Below are positions 15,337-28,745 of a DNA stretch of 64,000 bases, one piece after another. The translations under genes were made by a program, and so were the position numbers. Each line of letters starts with the position of its first letter. Positions within the stretch are counted from its first letter, which is position 1. Under the pieces are notes generated by a model that was not told the DNA's origin, did not search any database, and worked only from the letters and a program-made list of their open reading frames with translations. The DNA comes from the human T2T-CHM13v2.0 reference genome, Homo sapiens: assembly GCF_009914755.1 (NCBI RefSeq), contig NC_060937.1. One strand, 5' to 3'.

Positions 15337-16487
15337 GCATAGTACAGATGAGTTGACTGAGGGCCACAGAGTTTAAGTAATTCTCCCAAGATCATACAGC
15401 TGGTAAGTGGAAGAGCTGGTATTCTAACCCAGGTCTGTTTGATTCTGCCTCTCAGAAACCATAACCCATAGGTGAACCCTGATAAATCAAGTGCTGATCC
15501 ATTGAATGCAAATGCTTGGAGACATCAAACAGCACACTCGAGGCCCTGAGTAGCCACCATAACTTCCTGAGAGGCTTCTCTACCAGAGACACTCTACCTA
15601 ACGGACTGGGAAGCACAAATGTCCCTAATCCTGCCCTTCTCTAACTCTTCCACACCAAAACACGTGTCTGCACATGGAACTTCTCTGAAATGCCTGGAAT
15701 TAAACAAAGCAGGCACAGCCCCTGCCCTTTGGAAGCTCAGCAATCTAGAACAAACACTGAGGCACACAGGGTTGGTCTTATGAGCTGGCAACCATATGGT
15801 CTGATTTTAGAGGCTAGGAAAGCTTAGTCCAAAAATATCTACCCCTCCCAAATGCCACAGTGCCTGGAATTCCACTGTTAGAGGGATATTTCTGGGAGTT
15901 GAAGCACTATCTCCGATTCTGAGTCACTTGGCTTCAGTTACTTTTTTAAAGACAGTACAATGTTGTATTTAGATTTTTTTACCCATTTTTGTGAGTTTAT
16001 TTATTTTAATAAATGAGTTGATCTCATTACATTTATTATTATAATACATTTGTCACAATTCTATCATCTTAAATAATTTCTTTTATTTATTGTTTCCTCT
16101 GTTTTCTGTGTAATCTGAATTTTAGTCCTAATAGTGGTTACCTCCTCGATTTTAAATAAGATGCTTAATTTTCTATTATCAATTAATCAGAAATCAAATA
16201 GTATCTATTATCTCCCAAATACAACAGGTGAGAAAATTAATGATTTTCTATTTCCTCCCATTTCCTTTCCACCTACGCCTTAATCCCTATCAACAGACAC
16301 TTGTTATTATGTTGTTGAATTTTTTTTCTTCCTTATGGCTGTATTATTATCATTATTGTTATTACTTTTACATTTGGTAAAATTTTTTTTTCTTTCATGG
16401 ACTTCTTTTAAATGCAATAAAACTCTGGCTAGAGGCTACAGTTATCGTACATCAATATCTCTGCATGAATTAAATACTCAAGTTACT

Positions 16488-16698
16488 TTTTTTTTTGAGA
16501 CAGAGTCTCACTCTGTCGCCCAGGCTGGAGTGCAGTGGTGCCATCTCAGCTCACTGCAGCCTCTGCCTCCCTGCCGGGTTCAAGGGATCCCCCCAGCTCA
16601 GCTTCCTGAGTAGCTGGGACTACAGGCGCGTGCCACCATGCCCTGCTAATTTTTTGTATTTTTTGGTAGAGACGGGTTTTCACATGTTGCCCAGGCTG
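16488..16698 (-). mobile_element. 5'-truncated Alu
   Basis: Antisense right arm plus part of left arm; ttactttt at both flanks. Confidence 0.92.
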
Positions 16699-18289
16699 TC
16701 AGATTACTTTCATTCATTGCAGTAGAGGCTCCTACAGGATGCAGGACAGTAAATAGGCTGGGGGTGGAGAAAACATAAAAAAGGAAATCGGATGACAGAT
16801 GGGGAAATACATTGAAGGCGAATACCTACTTCTCTGTTTTGCCTTTTGTTGATCATAGAAACAAGGGGAAAACATAATGGAAACTAAATAAACATTCGCA
16901 GAGGGCACTAAGATTTCTGACGCTCTCATGGTACGGAAGAGGAGCAGTAAGACACACGTGTGTGGATAATCAAAGGTGAGGATGGTGGGTGGGTTGGCGC
17001 AAGAGGTGGGACGAGGGAGAGAAGTGCTGACCATTCCAGGGAGTCCTCTGCATCACTGCTTCTCAACATCACACTTTGAGAGGACTCTTCCAGCTCCAAA
17101 GCCCTGTCCACATCACGTCCTGTCCCCACGGTCACTCTGGCCAGGCAGGCCTCTCATTGTGAAATGGGGCCCTGCACACAAAAACAACAGCCTCGTGCTT
17201 GTGGCAGGCTGAATTCTTTCCAAAACTGCCCTGGGTTTCTTTATCTCAGCCCCTTGTGAGAACACAGGAAACTCTGCTTCCCCAATCCTGAAATATCTGC
17301 CTCAGGAAGGAAGGGATATTGTCTTTTCAGGGGCCTCTGTTTGGCTTGTGAGCCAGTTCGATAGCTTGCTTTGTAAATGCACTGCAAAAGCAAGCCCACT
17401 CAGACCTTCCTTGGAAATGGCATATTTGAAAGATAATGTCCAAATCTATTTAAACAGTGGGGGAAAAAGTTAGGTCATAAAACCAGTACCAACTTTGTAC
17501 AAACTGGTCTAAACGCAATACTGGAGAGGTGTTTGGTTGTTTGGCTTGCTTTCGTTTGTTGATTTTTTTTGTTTGTATTGGCTAAGAATTGTTCAAAAGA
17601 AAAATCATTCAGTTTTTTTCTTCAACATTCTTGTCCTACTGAGGGAATAATTCGTTAATTCACCTTTCACTGGATCCAAATGGAATTCATTTTTTAGACT
17701 TTATAGAAAACATACAAACCCTCCACTAGTTCAATATTTTATGATTAATTTTTATAAACAAGTAGGCGATATCAGGACATCTTCAGAGATGAATATAATT
17801 GAATCCGAGTGCTCTCATGCTGACTATTAAAGGTTTCAATTTAAAATGTTTGCAAGAGACCAGGGATAGGACGAATCTCCAGCATTGCCTCACAGTGCCA
17901 GTGTCCTGGGCTTCTAGAAGCAGCAATGGTATCTGTGGTTGGCTGAGTTTTCTGGGCCATCAGCGTGATTTCTAAGCCGGACTCTGGTGCTCATCATGCT
18001 CCCACAAGCCTCAGATGGCTTTTATTTCACAGCAGACAACAAACCCATCTTTCTGTCAAAGGCCGTAGGTTGAGGTCCGGAAATGAATTTTTAAACTATG
18101 TCTTCAGGCCACTAAATTCCAAGGCCATTTCTCTTTCTCTCTATTCCTAAGGACCCATCACCACAGACCCCAGGTGTTATTTGTACACCAAACACAGCCG
18201 TGCAACTAAAGAAATAAAAATAAAAATAAAGGTTAAGCGCTCTTTGCCTCCCACTTCTAAAAGAAACTTCTGGGCAGTGTTTCTCAGTT

Positions 18290-19800
18290 ATGAAATGTAC
18301 GCTTCCCAGGAGCAGTCTCCGCGTTTTCCAGCGCCTTCCCTGCCTGCCCGGCTCCCCGGACTCTGCTCCTCCCGCTGCCCACCGAAGTGGCCCTGCCTCA
18401 AGTGTCCTCCAGCTCACACTGTGCTTCTCAAGCAGTGGCTCCCCAAAGATGTCCCCAATGAGGAGGGTGAACAAAAAGCGCCTTTCACAGGATCTCCCAG
18501 GCACTGCCAGAGCGAGGCAGGCTTTGAGGAGCCTGTCAAGGAGGGCAAAGGCCTCGCTTTGAAAACGCTTCTCCAGTGTGCTGGCTCGTGGGACTTGGCA
18601 GGCCCAGGGAACGGCGCCGCGGGGAAGAAAGCCCCTGGATAGGCCTCCCTGGCGGGCACCCCCTGCTCTTTTCATTCGGCCCCATGTGACGCCCGTGAGG
18701 GAGCTGGCAGGCCAGGGCCTGGTGAATGAATCCTGTTTGTCAGGGCCCCCGCCTTGACTGCAGCCCATACGTCAGGACACACGCTTCCCGACTGCTAAAT
18801 GACGGCTGAGAAAAGGACAGTGGTTTTCGGTGTTTGTAGGACAGGCAGGAGTGGCCAGGCAAGGACTGAGATCAGTCATAGGGGAGAAAATCCAAAAAGT
18901 AAAAACTCCACCGACCACAGGAGACTTTTCTTCTCTGCTCTGGTCAGCAAGAAGGTCCCATGATTCAGCACAGAAAAGCACCCTCTGGCAGCCCGGTCCT
19001 GTTTAGTTCTGGGTTCGGTGCAATTTCTTTGTTGAAACTCAGTTTCTCCCTCTGTAAAATAGGTATAGTGACACGAGCCCATGGGAGCTGCTCAGTAAAG
19101 CTCTATTGTTTAATCAGCTGACAAATGGCAAAGCCAAGTCCTAAATGCTTACTCAACTGGCCACCAGTAATGGGTGCATAATGAGAGTGAGAATTCAAGG
19201 GCAGCCACCTACCTCGCCCATCTGTTTATTTTTCCTGCCTTGGTCTAAAATGGTTCCAAGGCCCCAGACTCACAGCAGTCATGCCTCTTCCGTGGCGGCC
19301 AGAAGTGCAGAGGACAGTGTTATTCAAGGTCATCTGAAGAAGGCAGGGACCCACCTGCCACAAAGGGTCGTTGTGAAAATGCAAACGTCCAGGAGCAAGG
19401 ATTAAGGGGAAGACTCCCACACCGGAGAGCAGCCAAGGGCACCCCCTTGCCGAGAGCAAAAAAAACATGTGGTCACTTCTAGAAGGCAGAGTGACAAGTC
19501 AAAGCCTCTCTGTGAGTTAGCAGAAATCATTCCCTCCGGGTGGAGGAATTACACATGTCTTTCTGGGCAGGCAAGTTAGGAAAGGGGTGCCCGTCTGGGC
19601 AATCCAGTCAGGACGAGTGCCCCTTTCTCCCAGACTGGGGACGCAGTCTGGAGGGCAGCGCCCACTCCCCCTCCCTCTCTGGGCACCGTGGCACACCCTC
19701 CGGGGCCCTGCCTTTAACCGCTGTGTAGCCTGACAGGGAAACGTCAAGGTCAAACAGGAGGCCTCTCACAGCTGCAGGAAGGAACACCAAAGCATCTTCT
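18290..19800. promoter_or_regulatory. Repeat-poor, CpG-richer candidate enhancer/promoter block
   Basis: Visibly more CpGs at 18300-18800 (ggcgccgcgggg, tgacgcccg, ccccgcc); two TCAAGGTCA sites at 19324 and 19744. Confidence 0.4.
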
Positions 19801-20820
19801 TGAGAAATAAACAATGTTGCCTCTTTTAGCTCTAATTTTTTCTGTATGGCTTTGAAGTGGCAGTGTCTAGGGAAACCCCCAATACCTTTCAAGGGGGGAG
19901 ATCAAGGACTCCTGCGTGTTGCAGTGAAGTTAATGAAGCCATTCATCCATTCGGCCAACAGCCATCATCGGAGCTCTACAGCGTGTCCCCAGTAAGTCTG
20001 CTGTCAACACGCAGACATGGGGGGCGTCAGCACAGCCCTTGACCTCTGCGAGGTCACAATCCAGGGTGGCTGCAAGACCAACAGTAGCACCCCCCACCCC
20101 CGACCAATGAAGTCCAGAGGAGCAGAGAAAGTGCTGGCAGACACAGAGGATGGAGCAACTCACTTATTTTAGAAGAACCAAAGAAGGCTTCACAGAGGTG
20201 ACTTCTGGGGGTGTTCTTAAGTGAGGGGTAGAATTTCTATGACCAGAGCAGCCAGGTGGAGGGAAAAGCAGAAGCATAGCTACGGAATCAGAAGAGTCTG
20301 TGCTGTGGCCAAAGCATGGGGTGGGAGGTGCGGAGGCAGGAAGTCCCTGAACACACCAAGAGTCAGAACTCAGGGAGGCAGCGGAGAGAGGACCCACAAC
20401 TCCACCTGGGCCTTAGGGCAGCTCTGACGATGCTGTAAGGCCAGACTGTAGAGACTAACAATATAGGCATCACCTGGAAGACTTGAATGACCCAGGGAAG
20501 ATGCAGAGGCTTGAGGACCAAGCCAGAGGGGACGGAAACACAGAGACTCGGGTTTCCAGACCGGACCGGGCGCATGGTGAGGGCACAGGCCTGCAATAGA
20601 CAGCACAGGAGTGGAGTGGGTTTGGAAGGCCAATGTTGAATGTGGTTGTGGAGAAGCCAAGTCGAGGCTCCTAACAATGCAGTCCTGTAGAAATGCATAA
20701 CAGTTAACTAACCAGCGATGAATAGCTAGTTTTAAAACTAAAAGGCAAAGAGATTGCAAGGGAACTAGGGCCCTGTACAAGGACCCCTGCCGTGCTCTGG
20801 GGCTGTGGGAGTAATTGGGT

Positions 20821-20925
20821 CAGGGCAACAGTTCTCAGACTTTGGGGTGCATCAGAATCACAGGGCGGTGTGGGAGGCCACTGACAATCCAGGTACCTCG
20901 GCCTCACCCCCACTGATTTTGTGTC
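20821..20925. mobile_element. MER5A-like fragment
   Basis: cagttctcagactttggggtgcatcagaatcac. Confidence 0.55.
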
Positions 20926-21575
20926 AGCACCTACAGAAGTAACACCGATTCCAGCTCCCCAGTTACAACATACTACAAATCAAGGAGTCCTTTAAACTTT
21001 TTAACTTCTTTCTCACTAATTAACTAGAAATACCCTCCCCTGTTTACCTTTTAGCTGAATAATCTCTTTAACTGATTAACTGAAGTTAATTCTCACTGGC
21101 CAGCAAAAAGTTCGGTGAAATTAGCCTCGGGAGAAACTAAGATGGCAAAGGCTATTTTGTGGGAGGTAAGAGAAGAGGGAGAAACAGAGACAAGAGACAG
21201 TAGGGGGGAATGGCTAAGAATGGTCCGTCTGGGCATTGTTGGTGAAACGGCTTAGTGGTTGTGGAGTCACTAGAGCCACACGTTGTATGTGAAGTCATCA
21301 AAGCGGACATCAGGGAGCCCTGGAGTTGGTCCCTCATCCCCAGGAAAGGAGGACACCGGCTTTCCACCAGCCTCAGCAGGTCCACCCTCAGACAAGGCTC
21401 CCCATAGGCTCCTCCTCAGGCTGTCCTGCTGTGAACATTGACCCCACAATCTGCACAACCTGTGTAGAATCACTTCCAAGTTGACCAAGACTTGCTAAAT
21501 TATCTCATGAAGGACAACAAAGGCACAACTTAAAAATGGAAGAAGGTGAATATAAAGTAAACCCAAAACTCCTAC

Positions 21576-21950
21576 TTTTTTGTCCCTTCTCACACTGCTA
21601 TAAAGAACAACCTGAGACTGGGTAATTTAGAAAGAAAAGAGGTTTAATTGGCTCACAGGTCCACAGGCTGTACAGGAGGCGTGGCTGGGGAGGCCTTAGG
21701 AAACTTACAATCCTGGTGACAGGCAAAGGAGAAGCAGGCACGTCTTCACATGGCAGCAGGAGGGAGCGAGAGAAGGGGGGAGTGCTACATGCTTTTAAAA
21801 TACCAGATCTCATGAGAACTCACTGTCACAAGAACAGCAAGGGGGATATCTCCCACCATGATCCTATCACCTCCCACCAGGCCCCTCCCCCAACAGTGGG
21901 AATTACAATTTCACATGATTTGGGTGGAGACAGAGAGCCAAACCATGTCA
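21576..21950 (-). mobile_element. MSTA (MaLR) solo LTR
   Basis: ctgagactgggtaattt...gccaaaccatgtca; 5-bp TSD cctac at 21571-21575 and 21951-21955. Confidence 0.92.
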
Positions 21951-22224
21951 CCTACCTATCATTAAAAAGTAATGTCCCAACCCAAACAAGCTTGGAGTCA
22001 AGGGCCAGCTCCTACCAAACTTCAAATATTGGTGTTTAATAATACGTGTCATTTAGGAACAATGACAAAAGATGAACACATGCATCTTAAAAGCTGACTA
22101 GCAAAAGGCCAAAGAAGGAAATGGGGAAGAAAAAGGATATATTTTCCTTTTATCAGAAACCTAGATTAGGCCTAAACTCAACTGGACCGACTATGATCAC
22201 CTCCTCACCTGCACAGGTGAAGCC

Positions 22225-22310
22225 ACCAACCATCCTAGGTTGTCTGGGACTCTTCTAGTTTTAGCAGTAAAATTCCCACATCCTGGGCAACTTGGGACAG
22301 ATGGTCACTG
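22225..22310. mobile_element. MER81-like hAT-Blackjack MITE remnant
   Basis: ccaaccatcctaggttgtctgggact...ttgggacagatggtcac inverted ends. Confidence 0.5.
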
Positions 22311-22349
22311 TGGGTCCAGGTCATGGACTATGAGAATATGAGAATATGA

Positions 22350-22555
22350 GTTTGGGTTTGGAAGACTTCCAGCTGACTCCTGGACTGCCACTTACTAGAT
22401 GTGGGCCACTTAATTTCTCTGAGTTTCATTCAGTTCCTGCACTCTAAAAACGAGGTTTGAAAGGCTGTCTTCATAGGATTGTTTGCAAGGATTAAACCGT
22501 AAGGGAACATAAAACACAGAATCGGTGGTACACAGCAAGCTCTCAATCCATGTGA
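22350..22555 (+). mobile_element. MIR SINE
   Basis: ctgccacttactagatgtg...cttaatttctctgagtttc...cataggattgtttgcaaggattaaa. Confidence 0.75.
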
Positions 22556-23249
22556 GATGGGAAACATTTATCTGCAACCGTAGCCAGCATAGTTGGGGCA
22601 GGATTACCCAGAGACGATGGCGAGCATCAGGTGAAGCAGATGGAGATGTGGGCAGTTGTTGCTTCCTTACAGAGCTGGTCCCTGTCATTTGCACATTTGT
22701 CCCCAGCCCTGGGTCCTGGCAAGAAGCCTGGACAAGGAAGCTCTCTATGGGTGCTCGAGAGCCACTGGCAGACGCATGTGCAGTCAGGCAAGAAAGCCAC
22801 ACGCCCAGGCCGCAGCGGCCCTGCCAGTAAGCACTGAGCACCCAGGCAGATGGGAGAACCAAGCTGCAAGCCTTTCCTAGTCTCCCTATGATGAATGAAT
22901 GACTGTCCTCGTGGGACCACTTCGCAGCAGAGCTAGCAAGAGCCGCGGCACGGATCCTGCCTACACACCTGTGCTCCCGAGCCCTGCAGAGCTTTGGGTC
23001 TTCTCACTAGCGGAGTGAGGATGAGGGTGTGCTGACCACAGCAAGGTTGTGTGCGTGCCTCCATGGAGGTGCGCAGAGCAGAAACACTGCCCCTCGCACT
23101 GCCATGGTGGTAAGGAGAGGAAATAAAACCCATGTCTTTTCAAAGATTGTGTGAGTGTCCTTGAACTCCTCTTCTGGCTTTTCAGCAGCTGTTTGGCATA
23201 TACAGGCGAATGACAGAGAGGAAGAGGGGGCAGAGACTTGTGTAGATGC

Positions 23250-23990
23250 CAGTGTGTTGCTCACTGCAGGCAGCACTGACTGAGCTCCTGCCGTGAGGCT
23301 GACACAGTCCCTGCCCTCCTGGAGATTAACCCTTTAGCATGGGGAGGTGACAGCAGACAAATCAGTAAGTAAGAGAGTGTTTGATGGTAATAAGTGTCCT
23401 GAACACAAAACCAAAACAGTAAAGTGATGAGTAATGGGGAGCAGGGGGACTTTCTCAGATGGGAGTCGGGGAGGACCTCTGTAATGGGTCATGTCCGAGC
23501 CAAGAGGAGGCTGATGCCAAGGAGGAGGCAGCCATCTGAGAGGCAGGAGGCGCGTGCAGGAAGATGGCACAGTGGCGCCAAGACCAGGGATGGGAGCAAG
23601 CATGGGTCTGCCCGGAATAGGAGTAGCTGCGGGACCCAGAGCTCAGGGAGACGGTGGTGGCTTGAATGAGGGGAGTAGAGGTAGAGGGTTGACAAGGGGC
23701 CCAATCTGACGTATATTCTTTACTGCAAAGCCAATGGGACTTGCTGGTAGATTGAGTGTGCTTGGAGGAGTGGGAAACAGAAGAACTAAGGGCGACTCTT
23801 TAGATTTAATGAGTAGATAAATGCTGTAACCGAGCAGAAGATGGAAGAAGACTGGTTTGGCCATGTCAAGTGTGAGATGCCAGCTGCACATCCTAGTGGA
23901 GGTGCCAGGCAGGCAGCTGGAGAGATAGGCTTGAAGGAGGGTCAGGTCTAGAGACAGAAATAAGGGAGAGAATAGCTCCCGTCTGGAGTC
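23250..23990 (-). mobile_element. L2 LINE fragment
   Basis: Purine-rich antisense L2 text (gtccctgccctcctggag, tttggccatgtcaagtgtgagatgcc). Confidence 0.65.
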
Positions 23991-26029
23991 GGAAGGGAGA
24001 TGTCTTTCGCTACAGCGTGTGAATGTTGCTTTGCTTCCAAACACACCATGCGGTCCACACCCGCTTGCAGCCTAAGTCCCTGCATGTTTAAACAGCCAGG
24101 CTGTGAACCAGCTCTACCTACAGGCTTCACATACAACATGTGGAGGAGCCTGGCCCAGTTCCTGCCCAACTCATGTTTATTCTCTCAGCAAACATGTGTC
24201 CAGGACTTATACCATGCCAGGGGCTAGGCTAGATAACTTGTCCTACAGAACAGAAGGCTTGCCCAGGGAGTTACCTCATTTGGAAAGGAGATGGGAGGGT
24301 GGGCAGGGTGTGGCCGCAGGAAGTGGCAGGCATGGGGCCAGGGTGCCTAGGGGCCAGACTTGCTGAGCCATCACCTAGCTGAGGACCTGAACCAAGTCCA
24401 TCTGCAGGCTGTGAAGCCCTCATCAGTGGGGAAAAATGACCCCTTAGAGTCCCTTCCAGTTCCAAAATGCTGCAATTATCTGGAAATTATCATCTAAGTA
24501 GACAAATCATTTAGGCAAAAAAAAAAAAAAAAGATTTAAAAATCCTTTTGCTTCAATTACGCATTTTTTTTTAACGTGAATTTTCATGGTAATTGGCCTG
24601 AAGCCTGAGTAGTCTGTCCCCAGACAAAGCAGTCTTTGAGTTAAACTCTGCTTTGTATGTCAAAGCAAAGATACCCGCAGAGCAGACTCCACCTTCTTCT
24701 CTCTACACCTCCTCTCCGGGCTCCACCTCAGAGTGCACAGATGCGGAGGTGCACACGAAATCTCCTTTGTACTAAGTACAGTTATTATAAGGTGTGGCCC
24801 CCTAGACACTACCCTCTCTATTATTTTGACAGTATGACTTCCTGTAATATTACTATCTCCTGTCATCTCAGTAACAAAGGCTGATACCTGGGTTTTTTTT
24901 TTTTTCACCTCTCAACAATATACTTGACATTTAATGCATCATCAAAAAGTTTCTGAGGTTTTGGGGCTAAAGCTCTAAAAGTATTACTTCCTGCTGCCGG
25001 GGCAGCAGCTCAGGTACCCAGAGCAGCCCCAAGACTTCTGAAGCAAGGCTGCTGCCCTGTTCTCAACTTCGCCAGACGATCCCAAGGATTTCAAAGCCAG
25101 CCCAAACCGCACCCCACCCTCAGTGGGCCCTCCCAAGGGCTGAGAAATGGGTCCCAGAGCAGAAAGCACAGAGGCCACTGCTTCCCATCCCAAGCTCTCT
25201 CCCTTAGTTCTGTGGGTCCTTGAGCAAGTCACTTAACCTTTCTGCTACCCAGATTGGTAGAATTACTGCATGGGGCAAAATGATCCCCAGGGAGTGGCCC
25301 AGCATCCATTCTCAGGTGTTTAAGTAGAGACTTGAACTGCCCTCGAGGCCAGTCAGGTGACCTGCGATGAAACCTGCAGTGAAACCGCCTATTTTTCCTA
25401 AACATTAGAAGAATATTAGCTTGGTTTCCCCAAACGGCTCCCTGGTGGCCCAACACCATGGGAATGTTCTGGGCCTGCTCTGTGAAGGTGGGATTTGCAG
25501 CCAGAAAGGCAGAAAAGCGATCGTCATTTACCCAACTCTCTATTACTTCAGCAGCATTTACAGTGCCACACATGTGTGGTCAGGGCCAAAGCCAGGCTCA
25601 AAGATACAAGGACAAACACAGCAAAGCCCACGACCTCTGGGGACAGACTGTCCAGGGGTTGGAATGGCATGTGAGCACACAGCTGCCCACAGGAAGGGCT
25701 GGGGAAGACCGGAGGGGGCACAGGAAGGGAGCCCCTAATTATTCCCGAAGATTAGAGAGGGAGAGGCAGAGCAGGCTTCCCAAAGGAGCTAACACTTGAC
25801 CCAACTCACTGTTTTCACAGTGGTTGGGCAGCTGGACATTCCAGGCAGAGGCAGTAGGAAACTCCATGGCCCAGGCCCAGAGAGATGGGCTGGCTAGGTA
25901 ACACACACGGACCCATGAGGCTGGACCATGATGCACATAGGGCAGTGCTGGAAACCAGGTCCGAGGCTTCAGCGTCTGCTGAGGAGCGTGGCTGTTTCTC
26001 ATTTTGGGTTTTTGACCCGTGGAGTGCAG

Positions 26030-26240
26030 TACAGGCTGTATAGCTAAGGGTCAGAGGCCTTGATTTGGGAGGTCAGCCACACTCAAATGGAATCCCTGCT
26101 TGTACTAATGGTGCAATCTTGGGAGAAATACTGAATCTTTCTAAACCTCCATCCTCTCATCTGTAAAATGGGCATAATAATACCCACCTCATAGATCGTG
26201 AGGGTTATGTAAAATAACAAATGTCACGTGCTGGCATTAA
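26030..26240 (+). mobile_element. MIR SINE
   Basis: ctcatctgtaaaatgggcataataatacccacctcatag. Confidence 0.8.
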
Positions 26241-26395
26241 TTACAGCAGCCAGTTAAAACACAGAGGGGAGGGCTCAACTGGTGCTTTTAGAATTATCCC
26301 TCTAGCGCTGTTTGGCAGATGGGCTGGGAGAAAGACAGGTGGCTGGGATGCATCCAAATGCATGAACGCACACATACGCACACGCAAACTTCTTT

Positions 26396-26719
26396 TTTAA
26401 AATTTATCTATTTATTTATTTATTCATTTATTTGAGACAGGGTCTCCCTCTGTCACCCAGACTGGAGTGCAGTGACGCCATCATAGCTCACTGCAGCCTC
26501 GACTCCTGCGCTAAAGTGATCCTCCCACCTCAGCCTCCTGAGTAGCTGGGACTACAGGTGCCCGCCACCACACCCAGCTAATTTATTTTTTATTATTTTT
26601 TGTAGAGACAAGGTCGGGCTGTGTTGCTAAGCTGGTCTCAAACTCCTGGCCTCGAATGATCCTCCCACTTCAGCCTCCCAAAGTGCTGGGATTATAGGTG
26701 TGAGCCCTCGTGCCCAGGC
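26396..26719 (-). mobile_element. Alu (AluJ-like) with (TTTA)n tail
   Basis: Antisense Alu; aacttcttt duplicated at both flanks. Confidence 0.95.
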
Positions 26720-27299
26720 TCGAACTTCTTTGGTAGTGGGGTAAACAATGCAGTACAGAGAAGATGTGATTTAATTTGAAGGTGAAAGAGGGGAAGACTC
26801 CAAAAAAGGCTTTAGGGTAAAGGCAACTTAGGAAATGGGTCCTGTTAGGAGGAGAAATTTGGAGAGAATAATGCATGGAGGCATGAAGTTTCAAGGTGTT
26901 AGGAGCAGTGAGAATAAACCAGAGCTGGTGGCCTCTGGGGGAGGAGGGTAGAAAAGGCTTTCACGGGTCCATACTCAGGAGACACATACATATTCCATGC
27001 CCACTGCGTGCGCCAGAGCTATTGCGATGAGTCCAGGCCAGATCCCGGGCAGGCCTTCAATGCCATGCTAAGGGATTTGGAATTTATTCAGAAAGTAGCA
27101 AGGAGGCCATTCCTTTATTAGAATTATCTGTTTCCTGTCCACTGACCCACACAAATCTTTCAAGGAAGGAGGGAGATTGCAGTAGAAGCGTGCCCACCAC
27201 CCCCTGGCTCTCCCACATTCAAGAGAATTGAACCAAATTGCTTCCTGCTGCCCTGTAACCCAGGCAGGGTCCACCCTCTCACAGCACACTAAAGTTAAC

Positions 27300-27941
<642 letters not shown>

Positions 27942-28624
27942 TGAGGGCTCTTGCGGGCAGGTTGTGTCAGAAGAAAGGTGCCTCTCACTGCACCAGGGGT
28001 CACAAAAACACCTACTGTCTTGTCTCACCTCCCTCCACGGAGGACAGTCTGGCCACTGTGGGACTGAACACCACCGGCTCCCAGAGGGCGCAGCAGCTTA
28101 GAAGACGCAACGCTGTGGCCAAATGCAGAGACCGCCTTGGGAGCTGTGTTCACGGAAGCGAGGGAAGATGGGGGCTGTCCTAGAGTATCGGGGATCCCAA
28201 ACTGAACCAGCCGCCTCTCTCCTCTCCACAATCCACCCCTAAGAGAGGCACAGGGGCCCCGTCGGGGGTCGATGCTGGGGGTGGGCGATGGAGCTCCTTC
28301 AAAAGCTGCCTCTTCTTCTCCTCCCCCATCGTGGAACCGCGTCTTCCTCCTCCACCTCTTTTCTTAGCCTGTGCCTGTTCTTCCTTTACAACCCACTGTC
28401 TATGTGAGCCCCACCTGGACCATGCCAGCCCAGAGGTTCAGAAATTCTGTGCAGAAATAAGGAGGGCACGCGGATAGCAGTTCTGGAGGATGTCTGATAA
28501 TCCAAGGTCATCCAAAGATTTCTGTTGGAAAGTAGGGGGTCTGAAGTGAAAAGACCAAAATGAACTCATCCTGGATGTGGGGAAGGTGATGACAGCGTCT
28601 GTGCCAGACACTTCAAGTCTACGA

Positions 28625-28745
28625 ATTCCTTCATCACCACCATTTTACAGATGAGGAGGGAGGCTAGGAGCTGAACAGCCAGCATGAGAACCGGGAGCTG
28701 TCTGATTCCAAAGCCCACGTCTCCTCTCCCTGCCACCCAGCCATA
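28625..28745 (-). mobile_element. MIR fragment
   Basis: cattttacagatgaggagggaggct...tctgattccaaagccc. Confidence 0.6.

Noticed and set aside
17489-17503. CCAACTTTGTACAAA identical to the start of the Gateway attL1 core, within an imperfect palindrome
   Set aside because: Match stops after 15 bp and there is no other vector sequence; a chance 15-mer is expected somewhere in a mammalian genome
18112-18768. Longest ORF (218 aa, minus) and overlapping 153-aa plus ORF
   Set aside because: GC-rich region where several frames on both strands are open; R/G/P/A-rich with no recognisable domain; best explained by base composition
18963-18981. TTCAGCAC...AGCACC as a REST/RE1 site
   Set aside because: Right half lacks GGACAG and the spacing is 2 bp short
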